A DNA stretch of 64,000 bases from Macrostomum hystrix (lineage: Eukaryota > Animalia > Platyhelminthes), in assembly GCA_950097015.1 (NCBI GenBank), contig CATNEN010000007.1, positions 12,276,001 to 12,340,000 on the forward strand. Direction: 5' to 3'. Numbering within the stretch: the first letter of the stretch is position 1; every line of letters begins with the position of its first letter. Made by a program: the position numbers and the translations under genes. Below are positions 35,154 to 48,658 of this stretch, in pieces. The notes beneath the pieces are model-generated. The model searched no databases. It worked only from the letters and a program-made list of their open reading frames with translations, and was not told the DNA's origin.

Positions 35154-36610
35154 AGTGGCGTGGCATTTGAGCTGAACTTTTCCCAATTCAATATAGTTGG
35201 GTTGGGCAAGTTACCTCTTTCCCAACAAGATCCTGCACCCGCTGTTGCAAGGAACTTTCCAGCACCTGCTCCTGGCCAACTTCTTCCCCTCTGCCCCATT
35301 GTCTTGGCCACTTCGATCCCCGCCTTGCCACTCTGCTTAACTCTCACGCAGTTTGAGCTCGTATTTGTGCTCCGCCAGAGCTCATTGAGCCGATTGTCCA
35401 AGAACTTACAAAGGCGAGCTCACCTCCCTTTGTGCCTTCTCTACTCCCAGTTCAGTCTACGCCAAAACAGGCCACAAATGCGCCCACCTGGAAGCAAGCA
35501 AGCAAGGTGCTTCCAGTGCATTCAAATGCCTCTAAGCAATGCCCGCCTTAGCCGGCCCGTCGCACCTGCGCAAGAACGTGACTTTCCGTCTCCCAGGCGA
35601 GTTTCAGCAGCGATTCTACGGCAGATAAGACTGCGGAATTTGCTTGGAGCATGCTGGGGCCGTGGAACACGCGCTGACAACATGGCAGCTGGCGATTGCA
35701 CTCACTTGTGACAGAAAGCAATGTGTGTTCTGGACAATACTCTCAACGGACTACTACTCGTGATAGAAGTAGCCAGTATCAGTTTTTTGTTTTTTTCTGG
35801 ACATTCTTAGAAATACTGACTATACGAGTAAACTGACTATACTGACTATACGACTGACTCGTAAATTTGAATCGCCAGTATAAGCAAATGATGTTTCATA
35901 GAAAACAGTTTCCTGACATACATAACACAGGCTTATTAGTTATGCGCAAATTGGCACTCTGCAAGAACAAAATTCTCCTCTGGACCAATCAGATCAGTTG
36001 GCGACCGTGTTTGTCACGTGACCGCGTACTTGCGCCTGAGGTAGGTGGAGTAGGACGCGATCTCCAGGTCGCCTGCAATTTTTGGCTGCTGCCAGGCGGC
36101 TACCCGCGAGTCTGGAAGGTGCGGGGAGAGGGTGCCGCGTTCCACTTTCTCCAGATTCTAATTCTCCTTGAAACTCCTCTATGCAGGCGAAATATTCGGT
36201 CACTAGGTGAGGTGTCAGTTCAGCGATCCTCAATGATCAATGGCGAAGCATTTCTCCCGAAATACCCAAAAACTGTCCCCTCGCTGGCTGAGAGGCGGCC
36301 AGCTGGTCCAAGCGGGGAAGCGGGATTTCGAAGAGAACCAGTTTGGGCCGGCCCCCGGCCATATTTTACGACTCGCGGCAGGAAAGGCGACAGGCGTAAA
36401 GAAATGTTCAGGGCGAAATGCACATTGGGAGCCGCTACCTTTTCTGACTCGGAAAAAGTGCTTTTGCAAGCTGTTCCCTCTGCGAGCCAGCCGAGCTGCG
36501 ACAGATTTGAGTAGTGGGGGTGGGGATGGGACTCAAACAGCTACTCCCAAATATGGCTTCCTCAGGCCTCCTTTTCAGGATATTTTGCGATTGTGGGAAG
36601 TAGACTGATT

Positions 36611-37710
36611 CACGATTGTGAGTAGCCCTCAGAGTGAGCAGTGTCACGATTGTGAGTAGCTTTCAGTGTGAGCAGTGTCACGATTGTGAGTAGCCCTCAG
36701 AGTGAGCAGTGTCACGATTGTGAGTAGCCCTCAGAGTGAGCAGTGTCACGATTGTGAGTACCCCTCAGAGTGAGCAGTGTCACGATTGTGAGTAGCCCTC
36801 AGAGTGAGCAGTGTCACGATTGTGAGTAGCCCTCAGAGTGAGCAGTGTCACGATTGTGAGTAGCTTTCAGTGTGAGCAGTGTCACGATTGTGAGTAGCCC
36901 TCAGAGTGAGCAGTGTCACGATTGTGAGTAGCCCTCACAGTGAGCAGTGTCACGATTGTGAGTAGCCCTCAGAGTGAGCAGTGTCACGATTGTGAGTAGC
37001 TTTCAGTGTGAGCAGTGTCACGATTGTGAGTAGCCCTCAGAGTGAGCAGTGTCACGATTGTGAGTAGCCCTCAGAGTGAGCAGTGTCACGATTGTGAGTA
37101 GCCCTCAGAGTGAGCAGTGTCACGATTGTGAGTAGCTTTCAGTGTGAGCAGTGTCACGATTGTGAGTAGCCCTCAGAGTGAGCAGTGTCACGATTGTGAG
37201 TAGCCCTCACAGTGAGCAGTGTCACGATTGTGAGTAGCCCTCAGAGTGAGCAGTGTCACGATTGTGAGTAGCTTTCAGTGTGAGCAGTGTCACGATTGTG
37301 AGTAGCCCTCAGAGTGAGCAGTGTCACGATTGTGAGTAGCCCTCAGAGTGAGCAGTGTCACGATTGTGAGTAGCCCTCAGAGTGAGCAGTGTCACGATTG
37401 TGAGTAGCTTTCAGTGTGAGCAGTGTCACGATTGTGAGTAGCCCTCAGAGTGAGCAGTGTCACGATTGTGAGTAGCTTTCAGTGTGAGCAGTGTCACGAT
37501 TGTGAGTAGCCCTCAGTGTGAGCAGTGTCACGATTGTGAGTAGCCCTCAGAGTGAGCAGTGTCACGATTGTGAGTAGCCCTCAGTGTGAGCAGTGTCACG
37601 ATTGTGAGTAGCTTTCAGTGTGAGCAGTGTCACGATTGTGAGTAGCTTTCAGTGTGAGCAGTGTCACGATTGTGAGTAGCCCTCAGAGTGAGCAGTGTCA
37701 TTATTGTGAG
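36611..37710. repeat. 34-bp minisatellite (CACGATTGTGAGTAGCCCTCAGAGTGAGCAGTGT)n, about 32 copies
   Basis: Two interspersed variants (CCCTCAGA / CTTTCAGT). Confidence 0.97.
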
Positions 37711-38190
37711 CATACGGGGTCGGCTGTTCGTCATAGCTAATTTCCAAGCTACTGCCTATTAAAGTGCATTTCTGACATGGCTCTAACTTCAATTTATATC
37801 CCCATCCTCATCGAAAAAATGATAATCACCCATGAATGGTAATTAAAAGTGGCCGATTCCCCATATAAATAATGGGGATCATGGCAGAAGCAAGATCCCT
37901 CAAACCCTGCTTCCTCTAACCTTACGGGTTCGTTCCCTCACTCAAAGTGCATCAGGACTTGCTTTTTACTGCACTTTTAGCCGCATTGCTCTCTCTGAGC
38001 GCCAGAATTCCCATCGCCTCCGGGGGGGCCACAGCTCCCAGGCCCACCGAGCTCCGCAGCGCCCTGAAATCCTGCCGGCTCTGGAGAGGCCTGAGCACGA
38101 AATTTGAGGATCACGGATGCGGAAGGGGAGACGCATCAGGCAGGCTAAAGATATCCCCCGAGCCCCTCAGCAATTTTTTGCTCGTCTCTT

Positions 38191-39968
38191 TCAGCACTGA
38201 TTTAGCAATTCGGAGCGGCAGCTTCCCGATCTCCCCAATACCGGCACAGAATAAAGTGCATTTGGCACTGTCACATCATACGGCTCTCTGAGCACGTGGA
38301 GCAGGCCATCTTTCATCTCACCGGCATCCAGCATGCGCAGGGCCCGCCCGCGGTCATCGGTGCAGTTCAGCCGGCGCACCTCGTCGGTCAGGCGGCGCCT
38401 CAGCCGCTTCTCCTCCTCGTAGAGCCGTCTGTAGTGGCTGCAGTCGCCCGCCAGACGGTCCCGCTCAGCTGCCAAACCCAGGCAGGCTCGTCGCAGGCCG
38501 TCCAGATCCTCCTTGAGTTGAGGGTGATTGCGTGCATTTTCTGAGACTTTCAAATTTTTCTCTGACATTTCTGAGGCTCAGGTGGGAAAATCAATGCTCG
38601 TCAAATAGGCTCACCGTGCTGAATGCGGTCCGCCACAGACCGGACTGCCAGCCGCTGCGGCCCTCCGAGTACCGGTGGTTGCACACTGGCCGGTGCTGCG
38701 GTCTGTCTGCGCCACTGAAATCCTTGGATATGCCAAGAGGCGCTTCATCTTGCAGCTTCCGCCCGCAGTCTGCCAGCTCTGAAGAATTTAGCCGCCGCCG
38801 CCAAGAATAATCCGGGTCACCATCGGCAGCGCCGCCTTCGTCCTCAAAAGACGGTGCGGCATTTGCCGACACAGCCAGCCGTCCTTGAGCCACTTCCAGC
38901 TGCGCCCGCAAGTCGGCTAATTCGGCTCGGGCCGCCGAGAGCGCCGACTCAGCCAAATCTGCGCGCCGACGCTCGCTGTCAACTGCAGCCGTCAACTCCG
39001 CTGCCACCGCCTCTCCACCATCAGCGGACTCCCCGCTGACAGACTTTACCGGTGGTGATGGCGGCTGCGCCGCTGCATCCGCACTGGCGGCAGGGACAGC
39101 TGCGGCTTGCAGTGACCGACCGGCCGCCTCCGCCCGCTCCAGCCGCTCGAAGATGGCTGCCAGCTGCTCCGCGGATGGTCGCGACAGTGGCTGTGGCAGT
39201 TCGCGACTCGACGGAGCTTCCAGTGTCGCGGAGGCGCGAGCGGCCTCGCAGCTGGCCATGCGCTCTCGCAGCTCATCAACCAGCCGGCCGCGCTCCTCCG
39301 CCAGCGATGCCGCTGCCTGGCAGTCTTCGCGCAGGCCAGCGAGGCGGGCCTCGGCGCAGGCCAGCTTCTCCTGCAGCCGGATGTTGGCGTCGCGCAGCTC
39401 GCGCAGTCGTCCGGCCCCGTCGCGCCTGCCCGCGGTCAGCTCGTCCCAGGCGCGCTCGCTCTCGGCGGAGGCTGCTGCCGCCTCGGCCAGACTGGCCCGC
39501 AGCCGCTCCGCCTCGGCGCGCCGTTCGCCGGCTTCGAGTTGCTCGCGGGACAGCGCCTGGCGCAGGCTGGCCGCCTCCAGCTTGGCGGCCTCCAGGCTCA
39601 GCGACACCTTCGTCAGTGCCTCACGGGCTGCCGAGTCCTCCTCGGCGTGACTGGTCTGCAGCTGCCGCAGCTCCTCATCGCGGCGGGCTGCTTCCGCCTC
39701 GTTTCGGCGGCGCAGCAGCTCCATCTGGGCGCGGTGCTGCTCCGCCTCTTCCTTTGCGGCGGTGGTTACCGCAACGGACGCCGCCAGAGACTCCTCTAGC
39801 TGCTGGATCCTGGACTGCTGCCTGGAAGTCCGGTTTCGTGCTCAGTTTGCAGTCTCATTTGTTGCTTGGCCCATAGACAAAACCTGGCAGTCACTCACCT
39901 GGCCGCCTGCGCCTTCAGCTTCTCTCGTTTCCTTCGCTCCCTGGCCAGCTGGTCCGCCGGCTCGACCG
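38191..39968 (-). CDS. Uncharacterised coiled-coil protein; probable exons about 39968-39899, 39821-38615, about 38511-38191; 5' and 3' ends uncertain
   Basis: Long Ala/Glu/Arg/Leu heptad-rich ORF with GC-rich codons. The phase-2 intron 39898-39822 joins two coiled-coil exons. Confidence 0.6.
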
Positions 39969-40630
39969 CTGCGCCCGTTGTCATGGAAACGGATAAAGAA
40001 GAAAATAATTAATCAAACACTCAAGAAACGCCCTTATTACCTGTTCGGCTTGGAGTCAAACTCTTCTCCACTTTTTGCGCCTGCTCAGTTGAGCTTGAGC
40101 TGTTTTACTTCGACCCTGTGCGGAGTATTCTGCTGCAAGCGCCGGCACCCACCGCACAGCTGAGCTGCCTCTACTCACCACGCCTCGGCTTATCACAGCT
40201 CAGACCCAGTGGGGTTGAGGTCTGAGTGTCTACTTTTTTTCCTGATTTCTTTTCACTTTTTTCTTGTATTTTATTCTACTTTCAGCGAGGGCGGCGTGAA
40301 TGAAGAGAGGGATAGAAGTTGAGAGGCGGGGAGCATGTACGCATGTGGGGCGTGCAATCTCGCGGAGACTTGCTTGTGCCTTTGATAAGGTTCTCAGTTT
40401 TGCTATTCCGCAGTGAGGCTCTGGCCAAGGGAACAGGCGGCCTGGTGAGCCCCCGCCTGTTGGTTATTAGCTAACTGGATGGGTCCGATTTCACGCACCT
40501 GAAGAAGGAAGTCAAATGCATGCAGCAGTGGAGTGGAGAAAGCAAGTTGGAAAGGTGAACCTGTTTTAACACCTCACTGCACAGGGCCAGGTTAGGTGTC
40601 TATTTTTACATGGCGATTCTTACCTTTGGA

Positions 40631-43361
40631 AGGAGGCTAGACTCTAAGGAGGGTAGACTCTAAGGAGGGTAGACTCTAAGGAGGGTAGACTCTAAGGAGG
40701 GTAGACTCTAAGGAGGGTAGACTCTAAGGAGGGTAGACTCTAAGGAGGGTAGACTCTAAGGAGGGTAGACTCTAAGGAGGGTAGACTCTACGGAGGGTAG
40801 ACTCTAAGGAGGGTAGACTCTAAGGAGGGTAGACTCTACGGAGGGTAGGCTCTAAGGAGGGTAGACTCTAAGGAAGGTAGACTCTAAGGAGGGTAGACTC
40901 TAAGGAGGGTAGACTCTAAGGAGGGTAGGCTCTAAGGAAGGTAGACTCTAAGGAGCTAGGGTAGACTCTACGGAGGGTAGACTCTAAGGAGGGTAGACTC
41001 TACGGAGGGTAGACTCTAAGGAGGGTAGACTCTAAGGAAGGTAGACTCTAAGGAGGGTAGACTCTAAGGAAGGTAGACTCTACGGAGGGTAGACTCTAAG
41101 GAGGGTAGACTCTACGGAGGGTAGACTCTACGGAGGGTAGACTCTAAGGAGGGTAGACTCTAAGGAAGGTAGACTCTAAGGAGGGTAGGCTCTACGGAGG
41201 GTAGACTCTAAGGAGGGTAGACTCTAAGGAGGGTAGGCTCTAAGGAAGGTAGACTCTAAGGAGCTAGGGTAGACTCTACGGAGGGTAGGCTCTAAGGAGG
41301 GTAGACTCTAAGGAGCTAGGGTAGACTCTACGGAGGGTAGACTCTAAGGAGGGTAGACTCTACGGAGGGTAGACTCTAAGGAGGGTAGACTCTACGGAGG
41401 GTAGACTCTAAGGAGGGTAGACTCTAAGGAGGGTAGACTCTAAGGAAGGTAGACTCTAAGGAGGGTAGGCTCTACGGAGGGTAGACTCTAAGGAGGGTAG
41501 ACTCTAAGGAGGGTAGACTCTAAGGAGGGTAGGCTCTAAGGAAGGTAGACTCTAAGGAGCTAGGGTAGACTCTACGGAGGGTAGGCTCTAAGGAGGGTAG
41601 ACTCTAAGGAGCTAGGGTAGACTCTACGGAGGGTAGACTCTAAGGAGGGTAGACTCTACGGAGGGTAGACTCTAAGGAGGGTAGACTCTAAGGAGGGCAG
41701 ACTCTAAGGAGGGCAGACTCTAAGGAGGGTAGACTCTAAGGAGGGTAGACTCTAAGGAGGGTAGGCTCTAAGGAAGGTAGACTCTAAGGAGCTAGGGTAG
41801 ACTCTACGGAGGGTAGACTCTAAGGAGGGTAGACTCTACGGAGGGTAGACTCTAAGGAGGGTAGACTCTAAGGAGGGCAGACTCTAAGGAGGGCAGACTC
41901 TAAGGAGGGTAGACTCTAAGGAGGGTAGACTCTAAGGAGGGTAGACTCTAAGGAGGGTAGACTCTAAGGATGGTAGTCTCTAAGGAGGGTAGACTCTAAG
42001 GAGGGCAGACTCTACGGAGGGTAGACTCTAAGGAGGGTAGACTCTAAGGAGGGTAGACTCTACGGAGGGTAGGCTCTAAGGAGGGTAGACTCTAAGGAGG
42101 GCAGACTCTAAGGAGGGTAGGCTCTACGGAGGGTAGACTCTAAGGAGGGTAGACTCTAAGGAGGGTAGACTCTAAGGAGGGTAGGCTCTAAGGAAGGTAG
42201 ACTCTAAGGAGGGTAGACTCTAAGGAGGGTAGGCTCTAAGGAAGGTAGACTCTAAGGAGCTAGGGTAGACTCTACGGAGGGTAGACTCTACGGAGGGTAG
42301 ACTCTAAGGAGGGTAGACTCTACGGAGGGTAGACTCTAAGGAGGGTAGACTCTAAGGAGGGCAGACTCTAAGGAGGGCAGACTCTAAGGAGGGTAGACTC
42401 TAAGGAGGGTAGACTCTAAGGAGGGTAGGCTCTAAGGAAGGTAGACTCTAAGGAGCTAGGGTAGACTCTACGGAGGGTAGACTCTAAGGAGGGTAGACTC
42501 TACGGAGGGTAGACTCTAAGGAGGGTAGACTCTAAGGAGGGCAGACTCTAAGGAGGGCAGACTCTAAGGAGGGTAGACTCTAAGGAGGGTAGACTCTAAG
42601 GAGGGTAGACTCTAAGGAGGGTAGACTCTAAGGATGGTAGTCTCTAAGGAGGGTAGACTCTAAGGAGGGCAGACTCTACGGAGGGTAGACTCTAAGGAGG
42701 GTAGACTCTAAGGAGGGTAGACTCTACGGAGGGTAGGCTCTAAGGAGGGTAGACTCTAAGGAGGGCAGACTCTAAGGAGGGTAGGCTCTACGGAGGGTAG
42801 ACTCTAAGGAGGGTAGACTCTAAGGAGGGTAGACTCTAAGGAGGGTAGGCTCTAAGGAAGGTAGACTCTAAGGAGGGTAGGCTCTAAGGAAGGTAGACTC
42901 TAGGGAGCTAGGGTAGACTCTACGGAGGGTAGACTCTAAGGAGGGTAGACTCTAAGGAGCTAGGGTAGACTCTACGGAGGGTAGACTCTAAGGAGGGTAG
43001 ACTCTAAGGAGGGTAGACTCTAAGGAGGGTAGGCTCTAAGGAAGGTAGACTCTAAGGAGCTAGGGTAGACTCTACGGAGGGTAGACTCTAAGGAGGGTAG
43101 ACTCTAAGGAGCTAGGGTAGACTCTACGGAGGGTAGACTCTAAGGAGGGTAGACTCTACGGAGGGTAGGCTCTAAGGAGGGTAGACTCTAAGGAGCTAGG
43201 GTAGACTCTACGGAGGGTAGACTCTAAGGAGGGTAGACTCTACGGAGGGTAGACTCTAAGGAGGGTAGACTCTAAGGAGGGCAGACTCTAAGGAGGGCAG
43301 ACTCTAAGGAGGGTAGACTCTAAGGAGGGTAGACTCTAAGGAGGGTAGACTCTAAGGAGGG
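40631..43361. repeat. 16-bp minisatellite (GTAGACTCTAAGGAGG)n, about 170 copies, with higher-order blocks
   Basis: Visible 2.7-kb array. Confidence 0.98.
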
Positions 43362-43585
43362 CGCAGGCATACGCTCACACAGCTGCCCTGACTTTCTCAT
43401 CGTCAGGCAGTGCACACTCGAACTGTGCCTTGGAGGTTGGCCCTCAAGGGCGTAAATTGCACGACAAGCCCCCAAGCCTTCTCTCCGCGGCTGCGCCCCA
43501 AATAAATGTGGCCTCGCCGTGGAATCGAACTTAGGGACTGTGGTGCGAGTGGCAAACGCGTTAACCGCTCTGCCACCGACCCCCC
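43362..43585 (-). mobile_element. Probable tRNA-derived SINE, second family
   Basis: On the - strand: A box TGGCAGAGCGG and B box GTTCGATTCC without a proper cloverleaf, followed by a GC-rich body. Confidence 0.5.
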
Positions 43586-44008
43586 TAAATTAGTAATCAT
43601 TACTTCATATTTAATATATTTTACTTCATGTCCTCCAAGTGAAGGCTGCAGTGCTAATGTGTCTAAAGTAGCTAAAGTGCAAATGAAGCGTACAGCGTCT
43701 TAACTCAAATCAAATTATTTGTTTTTGTTTGAGTTCGTCTGACTCGGAGTAATCCTTTATATTTTTTTCGAGTTTTGCATAGAGATTCGCACAGCACCGG
43801 CCCGATGACTCATTTAAACAAAAAATAAGCTGTTGAAACTTTCCGCTGTTTATCTTCGTATCGAGTTCTCTGGGCTGAAACTTCCGTCACTTCGGTTTGA
43901 AACAAAAGCAAGGTTACCTTTTAATGCTAGCTATCACTTGCGAGTGCACAGACAGTATTCCCAAAATAGGATTTAAAATAACTGCGGCACACTCCTAACA
44001 AAATCCTT

Positions 44009-44190
44009 AGAGCACTCTGCTCATAACATCTATAGAGCACTCTGCTCATAACATCTATAGAGCACTCTGCTCATAACATCTATAGAGCACTCTGCTCACA
44101 ATATCCATAGAGCACTCTGCTCATAATATCCATAGAGCACTCTGTTTTGCAAGCTCACCAGAGCACTCTGCTCACAATCTCCCCAGAGCA
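44009..44190. repeat. 25-bp minisatellite (AGAGCACTCTGCTCATAACATCTAT)n
   Basis: About 7 degenerating copies. Confidence 0.9.
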
Positions 44191-44788
44191 ATCTGCTCCC
44201 AATTTCTCTATAAGGACCATGTCCTCACGCTTTGCCTAGGACTCAGAAAAAAAGTAGCAAATTTTTTTTACCAGCAGAGTGCCTGGTTAGCTGAAGTTCA
44301 TTCAAGTAGTCGAAATGATTGGCACTCGACAGACGGACTCCATGGAGACCATCCCCTAGTTGAAGCCAAGCCAATCAGCTCAGACAACTGGAATGTACTT
44401 TAAGAGGCCCTATCAGCACAGCTGACTTGCATTCGTCCCGAGTCCGGTCGCGAGTCTGGAGCAGAAAATTCACAGGCGAGATGAAGGTGATTTAATCAAT
44501 CAGCCTCTTTGTCACTGCCCAGGCGATGGCTAAAGTCCGCATCTGTGCCTGTCATAACTCAGTTGCAAGTAGCAAAACCCACTTTGCATGAGATCCGCTT
44601 GGCTTCTGGCCGGCTGCTGTTCAGCTTCTTCAAATCAGCTCAATGCTATTGATGCTGGAGCACTGAGCGACTGGCCAGTCTCATCCTCTCTCCTAGGAGA
44701 TTCTTCATCTTCTGGCAAAGTACTCTTCTCCTCGTACTGCTGCCAAGGGCTCAGTGTGCTTTTGTCCGCTTCTAGAAATCCTCTAATA

Positions 44789-44950
44789 GGGGTTGTAGCC
44801 TGATCGTTAGAGCGTCGGACTCACGACTTGAAGGTTGGGGGTTCGATTCCCGGCTCCACTCGCAATACCTTGCAATAGCTGCGGCTGGGCTGTCCGCTTC
44901 ACATCTGGCCCAATTGGGGTAGGTGTAATCAGTTTGCATAAATATAAAAA
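44789..44950 (+). mobile_element. Internally deleted copy of the 16-kb SINE (tRNA head plus tail)
   Basis: GGTTGTAGCC..AGCGTCGGACTCACGACTTGAAGGT..GGTTCG head and CGCAATACCT..CACATCTGG..AGGTGTAATCA tail match the reverse complement of 16005-16293. Confidence 0.7.
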
Positions 44951-47692
44951 CAATAATCTTATTGTTATGATCATCATTACAAAAACTACAAATCCTAGGA
45001 TTGCCCCAACCTAATTGTAGTTTAAATCCGAATTTTGTGCTAGCAGAGATTTCTAGTCAAGCCAGCTAGTATGAGAAAACAAAAGAGTCCGTACTCAATA
45101 AAATGTGAACTCAAAACCCACTCGAATTTGCGCCATGCCGCATTAGGCTGTCCTGAAGCTCGGGTGCCCGACTAAGATAAGGAGACAGGCTAATCAGCGG
45201 CCATTCAAGTGCAGCACTGACGATAATTGCCCAGCTATCGCACCAATTTACAGCCCCCTGCATTGGCCACTACACAGAGTTACAGAAAATAGTTTAGCTG
45301 GCTCACTGCCTGTACGCACCGCTTCAGCAATGGGCAATGAGACTCTAGTAGAGGGCGAATTCTCATTTTACATCAGCTGGTCTGTCCGATAAACACGTCC
45401 TTCATTGTGCGACTCTGACCCTTTTAGAAATAAGCCTTAGGAGCACAAATGGTTAGGAGTGACCCGAATTTCACATCTGCTCAAGTCATCAGTCTACCAC
45501 ATCGTTTTTAGAGAGAACACATTAAAATGCTACGTACTCTCCTCTGTGCATTCAGCTGGCCCTTAATATATGTACATTGAAAAACACCACAAGGAGGGTG
45601 GGCTGTCGCAAATGTACACTTACCGGCTTTCTTAATTTCTCTCCACCATTCCCCCCTCACCCGCATAGCTGATTGGTCTTTGGGTACGGGGGACCCCCCG
45701 CTTCGCTGGAGTGAATCAGCTGTGGCCTGCCCAGACCTCTCCCTGGGCCTTAATATGGGAAACTCCCTGTCCAGCCGTCTATTCCAGTTCAAAGCCAGTC
45801 AGACAGTTTTTTCTCGAGTCTGGATACTTACCCGAATTAAAAGTAGCACCAGCAACCAACTGTTTGTTAGTACCTGCCAGCCAGCCAGACTGCTTGTCCT
45901 GTTGTTTTAGTCCTTCATTGCGCACTTTTCACATGAGCAAGTAGTCAGCGCCTCTGCTGACGTCTATGAACTTGTACACACTTCAGCTGCTTTGTAGTTG
46001 GCCTATTGGACCTTGCTCTTCTCCACTGATTCGAGTTGCTCCACTTCTAAGTACAGACGGCGCTGCCTCCGCAGCCCGAAATGCTGATATCTGCTTTTAG
46101 TAGCGAGCAAGAAGCAATTTAGCGCTAACCCAGTTCTCATAGCTATTCCACTCACGGCTTCATCATCGTTCCCCATCTTAGACATGCCGTGCGGTTCCAC
46201 CGCCCAGGAGTCGCGTCTTTTAGTGACTTCGACAACAGTGGCCGCAGCCAGCGGCGTGCCGCAGCCTCAGGCGGCCCTGGGCCGGTTTCATGTGGCCCAC
46301 GCCTACCGAGAAGTGGCCGCTTCTGAGTCGGCGGTGGCCACCCACTGCGTGGATGTTGGTGAGCGCGAATTTTTCTTGGTGTACTAAAGATGGTGTACTT
46401 TCTTCTCTAAGGATATGAGTCAAAAGTGTGTGAGAAATGCAATGGAACACTTTGTAATTCAGTCGCTAAGTATCCTGTGGACCCTGAAGGTAAATAAATC
46501 AATTAGTAGTTAACAAAGTGAGTGCACAAGGTCCTATCGCTCAGAAAAGTGCATCTTGGCTACCAGTACCAGTCAATATCAATAATTAAAGCTTAATAAA
46601 ACCGCTAGTGTGCTACTCGATTGCCACTCAGCCACTGGTTTGTTTCGGCCAGGGGCGGTGGCGGAACAGGAAGGGAGTGTTTCAGATCAGATATTTAAAT
46701 CAATTACTAGAGATAAGGATTGTACAAAGCAGGGAAGAAAACTTCTCTCCTTTACGTGTTTTATGTAAACAAATACGCTCGTAAATTTTGTTGCAAAGCC
46801 GGCACGGATTAAGATTTTTAAACCGCTTATTGTAGACCTGGATCCGCGATCCATTAATTCGGTCGCTTTTGTAGCGGAAATTTTTTAATAAAAGCCTTGA
46901 TTGGACTGGGTTTTCCAAAAATGAAGGACGAACACTTCAGGGTGGAGTGTACGCAGCCCCCGGCACGACCCTCACACGTCACGCCCACCCCACTCCGCCA
47001 GCCATGCGCTCACCGCATGCACTGGGGTGGGTGAAGTGGCCAACTTTACACCACCCGGCAGACACAGTGAGTGTGCGCTTGTCTGGGCAACTGGAAACTG
47101 GGCTTGCTAGGGGGCTAAAATCCCAGGGAAAGTCAGGGCCTACATAGAGAACCCGGCGGCTGCGCTAAAGGAAAGGGGAAGAGGGATGGATTGGATTGAG
47201 GTCAGCTAAGGCCATTCCCGAGCTTGATAGGCCTCGCATTGCGTGTGCTAGACTTAATATTTGCGGACTGCGGGCGATAAAAGCAGTAGGAAATCAAGGA
47301 GATTTTCTGCAGTCGGATGCATGACACTGCAATATTAAATTGATGCGATTGCATACGAAAACAGGCAAGTAGAAAGGAAGGTCTTCGCACTGTGTTGGCT
47401 GGCTGACGCATTTGAGAGAGCAGGGTGAGGCCACGGCCTTGGGCGTCAATAGCAGAATTGCACATGCATGCATGCGCCCGCCATCATTGTTGCTGAGCAG
47501 GTTGCTGAGCAGCCGCTCTGGCCTCTGGGGCAAGGGGGGCGGTATTTTTAGATTTGCAGTGAGCAAGTGTGGAGCTACTCACTTGCCGATGCGAGAGTAA
47601 GTAGTATGCGTGTTGGCCTTTTAATACCAACAACAAGATGTACTTTAAAAATGCTGAAGTAAAGCTTTCGCCCACCACAATCCGATTCAGCG

Positions 47693-48658
47693 ATGGAGGA
47701 CCAGCAGTGCGAGGAGTTCCACTCGTCCGTCGGCATCCTCGACTCCCTGCCGTGGTGCCGCGATGGCCGCGACCGTGAGCCATCGATGGACCGGGCTAAC
47801 TCGGCAGCCGCTTTCCAGACCATCTTGGAGCTCGCCGAGGACGATCGGGAGGCGGCGGCTGATGCGGAAGCAGCCGGCGAGCTGGGCGACACACTCACGG
47901 CGCAGGTGGGCTTCAGAACGTCATTTTCCCGTTTCAGTTTTGCGCATGGACTACATGGTACATACCTACTCGTTACTTTATTCCGTTACTTTAATGCCTT
48001 ATTTGTGGTTTTCCCTCCGCCGCAGGCTGCCAAGGCCATCTCGCAAATGCGCATCTCCGCCAGCAGCGCCAACCTGACCTCCCACCGTCAGGACGCGGCT
48101 GATGGCAGCCGCTGTTGCTGCTGCGAGCCGCCAGCGCCGCCGCCGCAGCAGCGGGAGGCAGCCGTCGACAAGACCGCGGACGCTGCCAGCCACCTCGAAC
48201 CGCCATGGTCGCACAACTCCTGCTGCCCAGGCAGCGGTCAGCGGCCCGCCTCGCCCGCCTCCCTGCACCAGCTGGCCGCCTGCCACCGCTCTGAGCGACT
48301 CGGCGCCACCGCCGTCTCCCGCTCCGCGTCCTTCCGTCGGCGACCCGCCTCCGCCGCGCAGCACCATCACCACCACCATCATCACCCGCACCTACAGCAT
48401 CATCACTTGCCGCAACAGCACCAGTGCGTCAGCGAAGACTGCTGCGTCCCGCCCTCCGAAGGCCGCAGCGGATTCCCCAACTACCAGGAGTACCTGGACC
48501 AGCTGAATGACCGCGTGCAGCTCTGGATGCTGGGCGCTGCCGACCAGCCAAATGCCATGGCGCTGGGCGGCTGCCGCGACGGCCCCGACTGTGACTCCTT
48601 CTGCTGCTGCTGCTGCAGCTGCTGCAGCGATGCGGAAGGCGTGACTCAGTTGCAGTAG
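47693..48658 (+). CDS. Unknown His/Cys-rich protein; exons 47693-47905, 48026-48658
   Basis: GC-rich coding-like ORF with a 120-nt AT-richer GT..AG phase-0 intron. No family recognised. Confidence 0.55.
   Translation: MEDQQCEEFHSSVGILDSLPWCRDGRDREPSMDRANSAAAFQTILELAEDDREAAADAEAAGELGDTLTAQVGFRTSFSRFSFAHGLHGTYLLVTLFRYFNALFVVFPPPQAAKAISQMRISASSANLTSHRQDAADGSRCCCCEPPAPPPQQREAAVDKTADAASHLEPPWSHNSCCPGSGQRPASPASLHQLAACHRSERLGATAVSRSASFRRRPASAAQHHHHHHHHPHLQHHHLPQQHQCVSEDCCVPPSEGRSGFPNYQEYLDQLNDRVQLWMLGAADQPNAMALGGCRDGPDCDSFCCCCCSCCSDAEGVTQLQ

Noticed and set aside
32595-36600. ORFs of 200-300 aa downstream of Maf
   Set aside because: No recognisable domains, non-ATG starts and microsatellite content; not supportable as genes.
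36611-37710. CRISPR-like 34-bp periodicity (also the 30-, 33- and 44-bp arrays)
   Set aside because: Units are head-to-tail with no unique spacers, there are no cas genes, and the context is eukaryotic.
44789-44860. Functional tRNA gene
   Set aside because: Stems pair poorly and the sequence continues into a tail shared with 16005-16100, so it was called a SINE.
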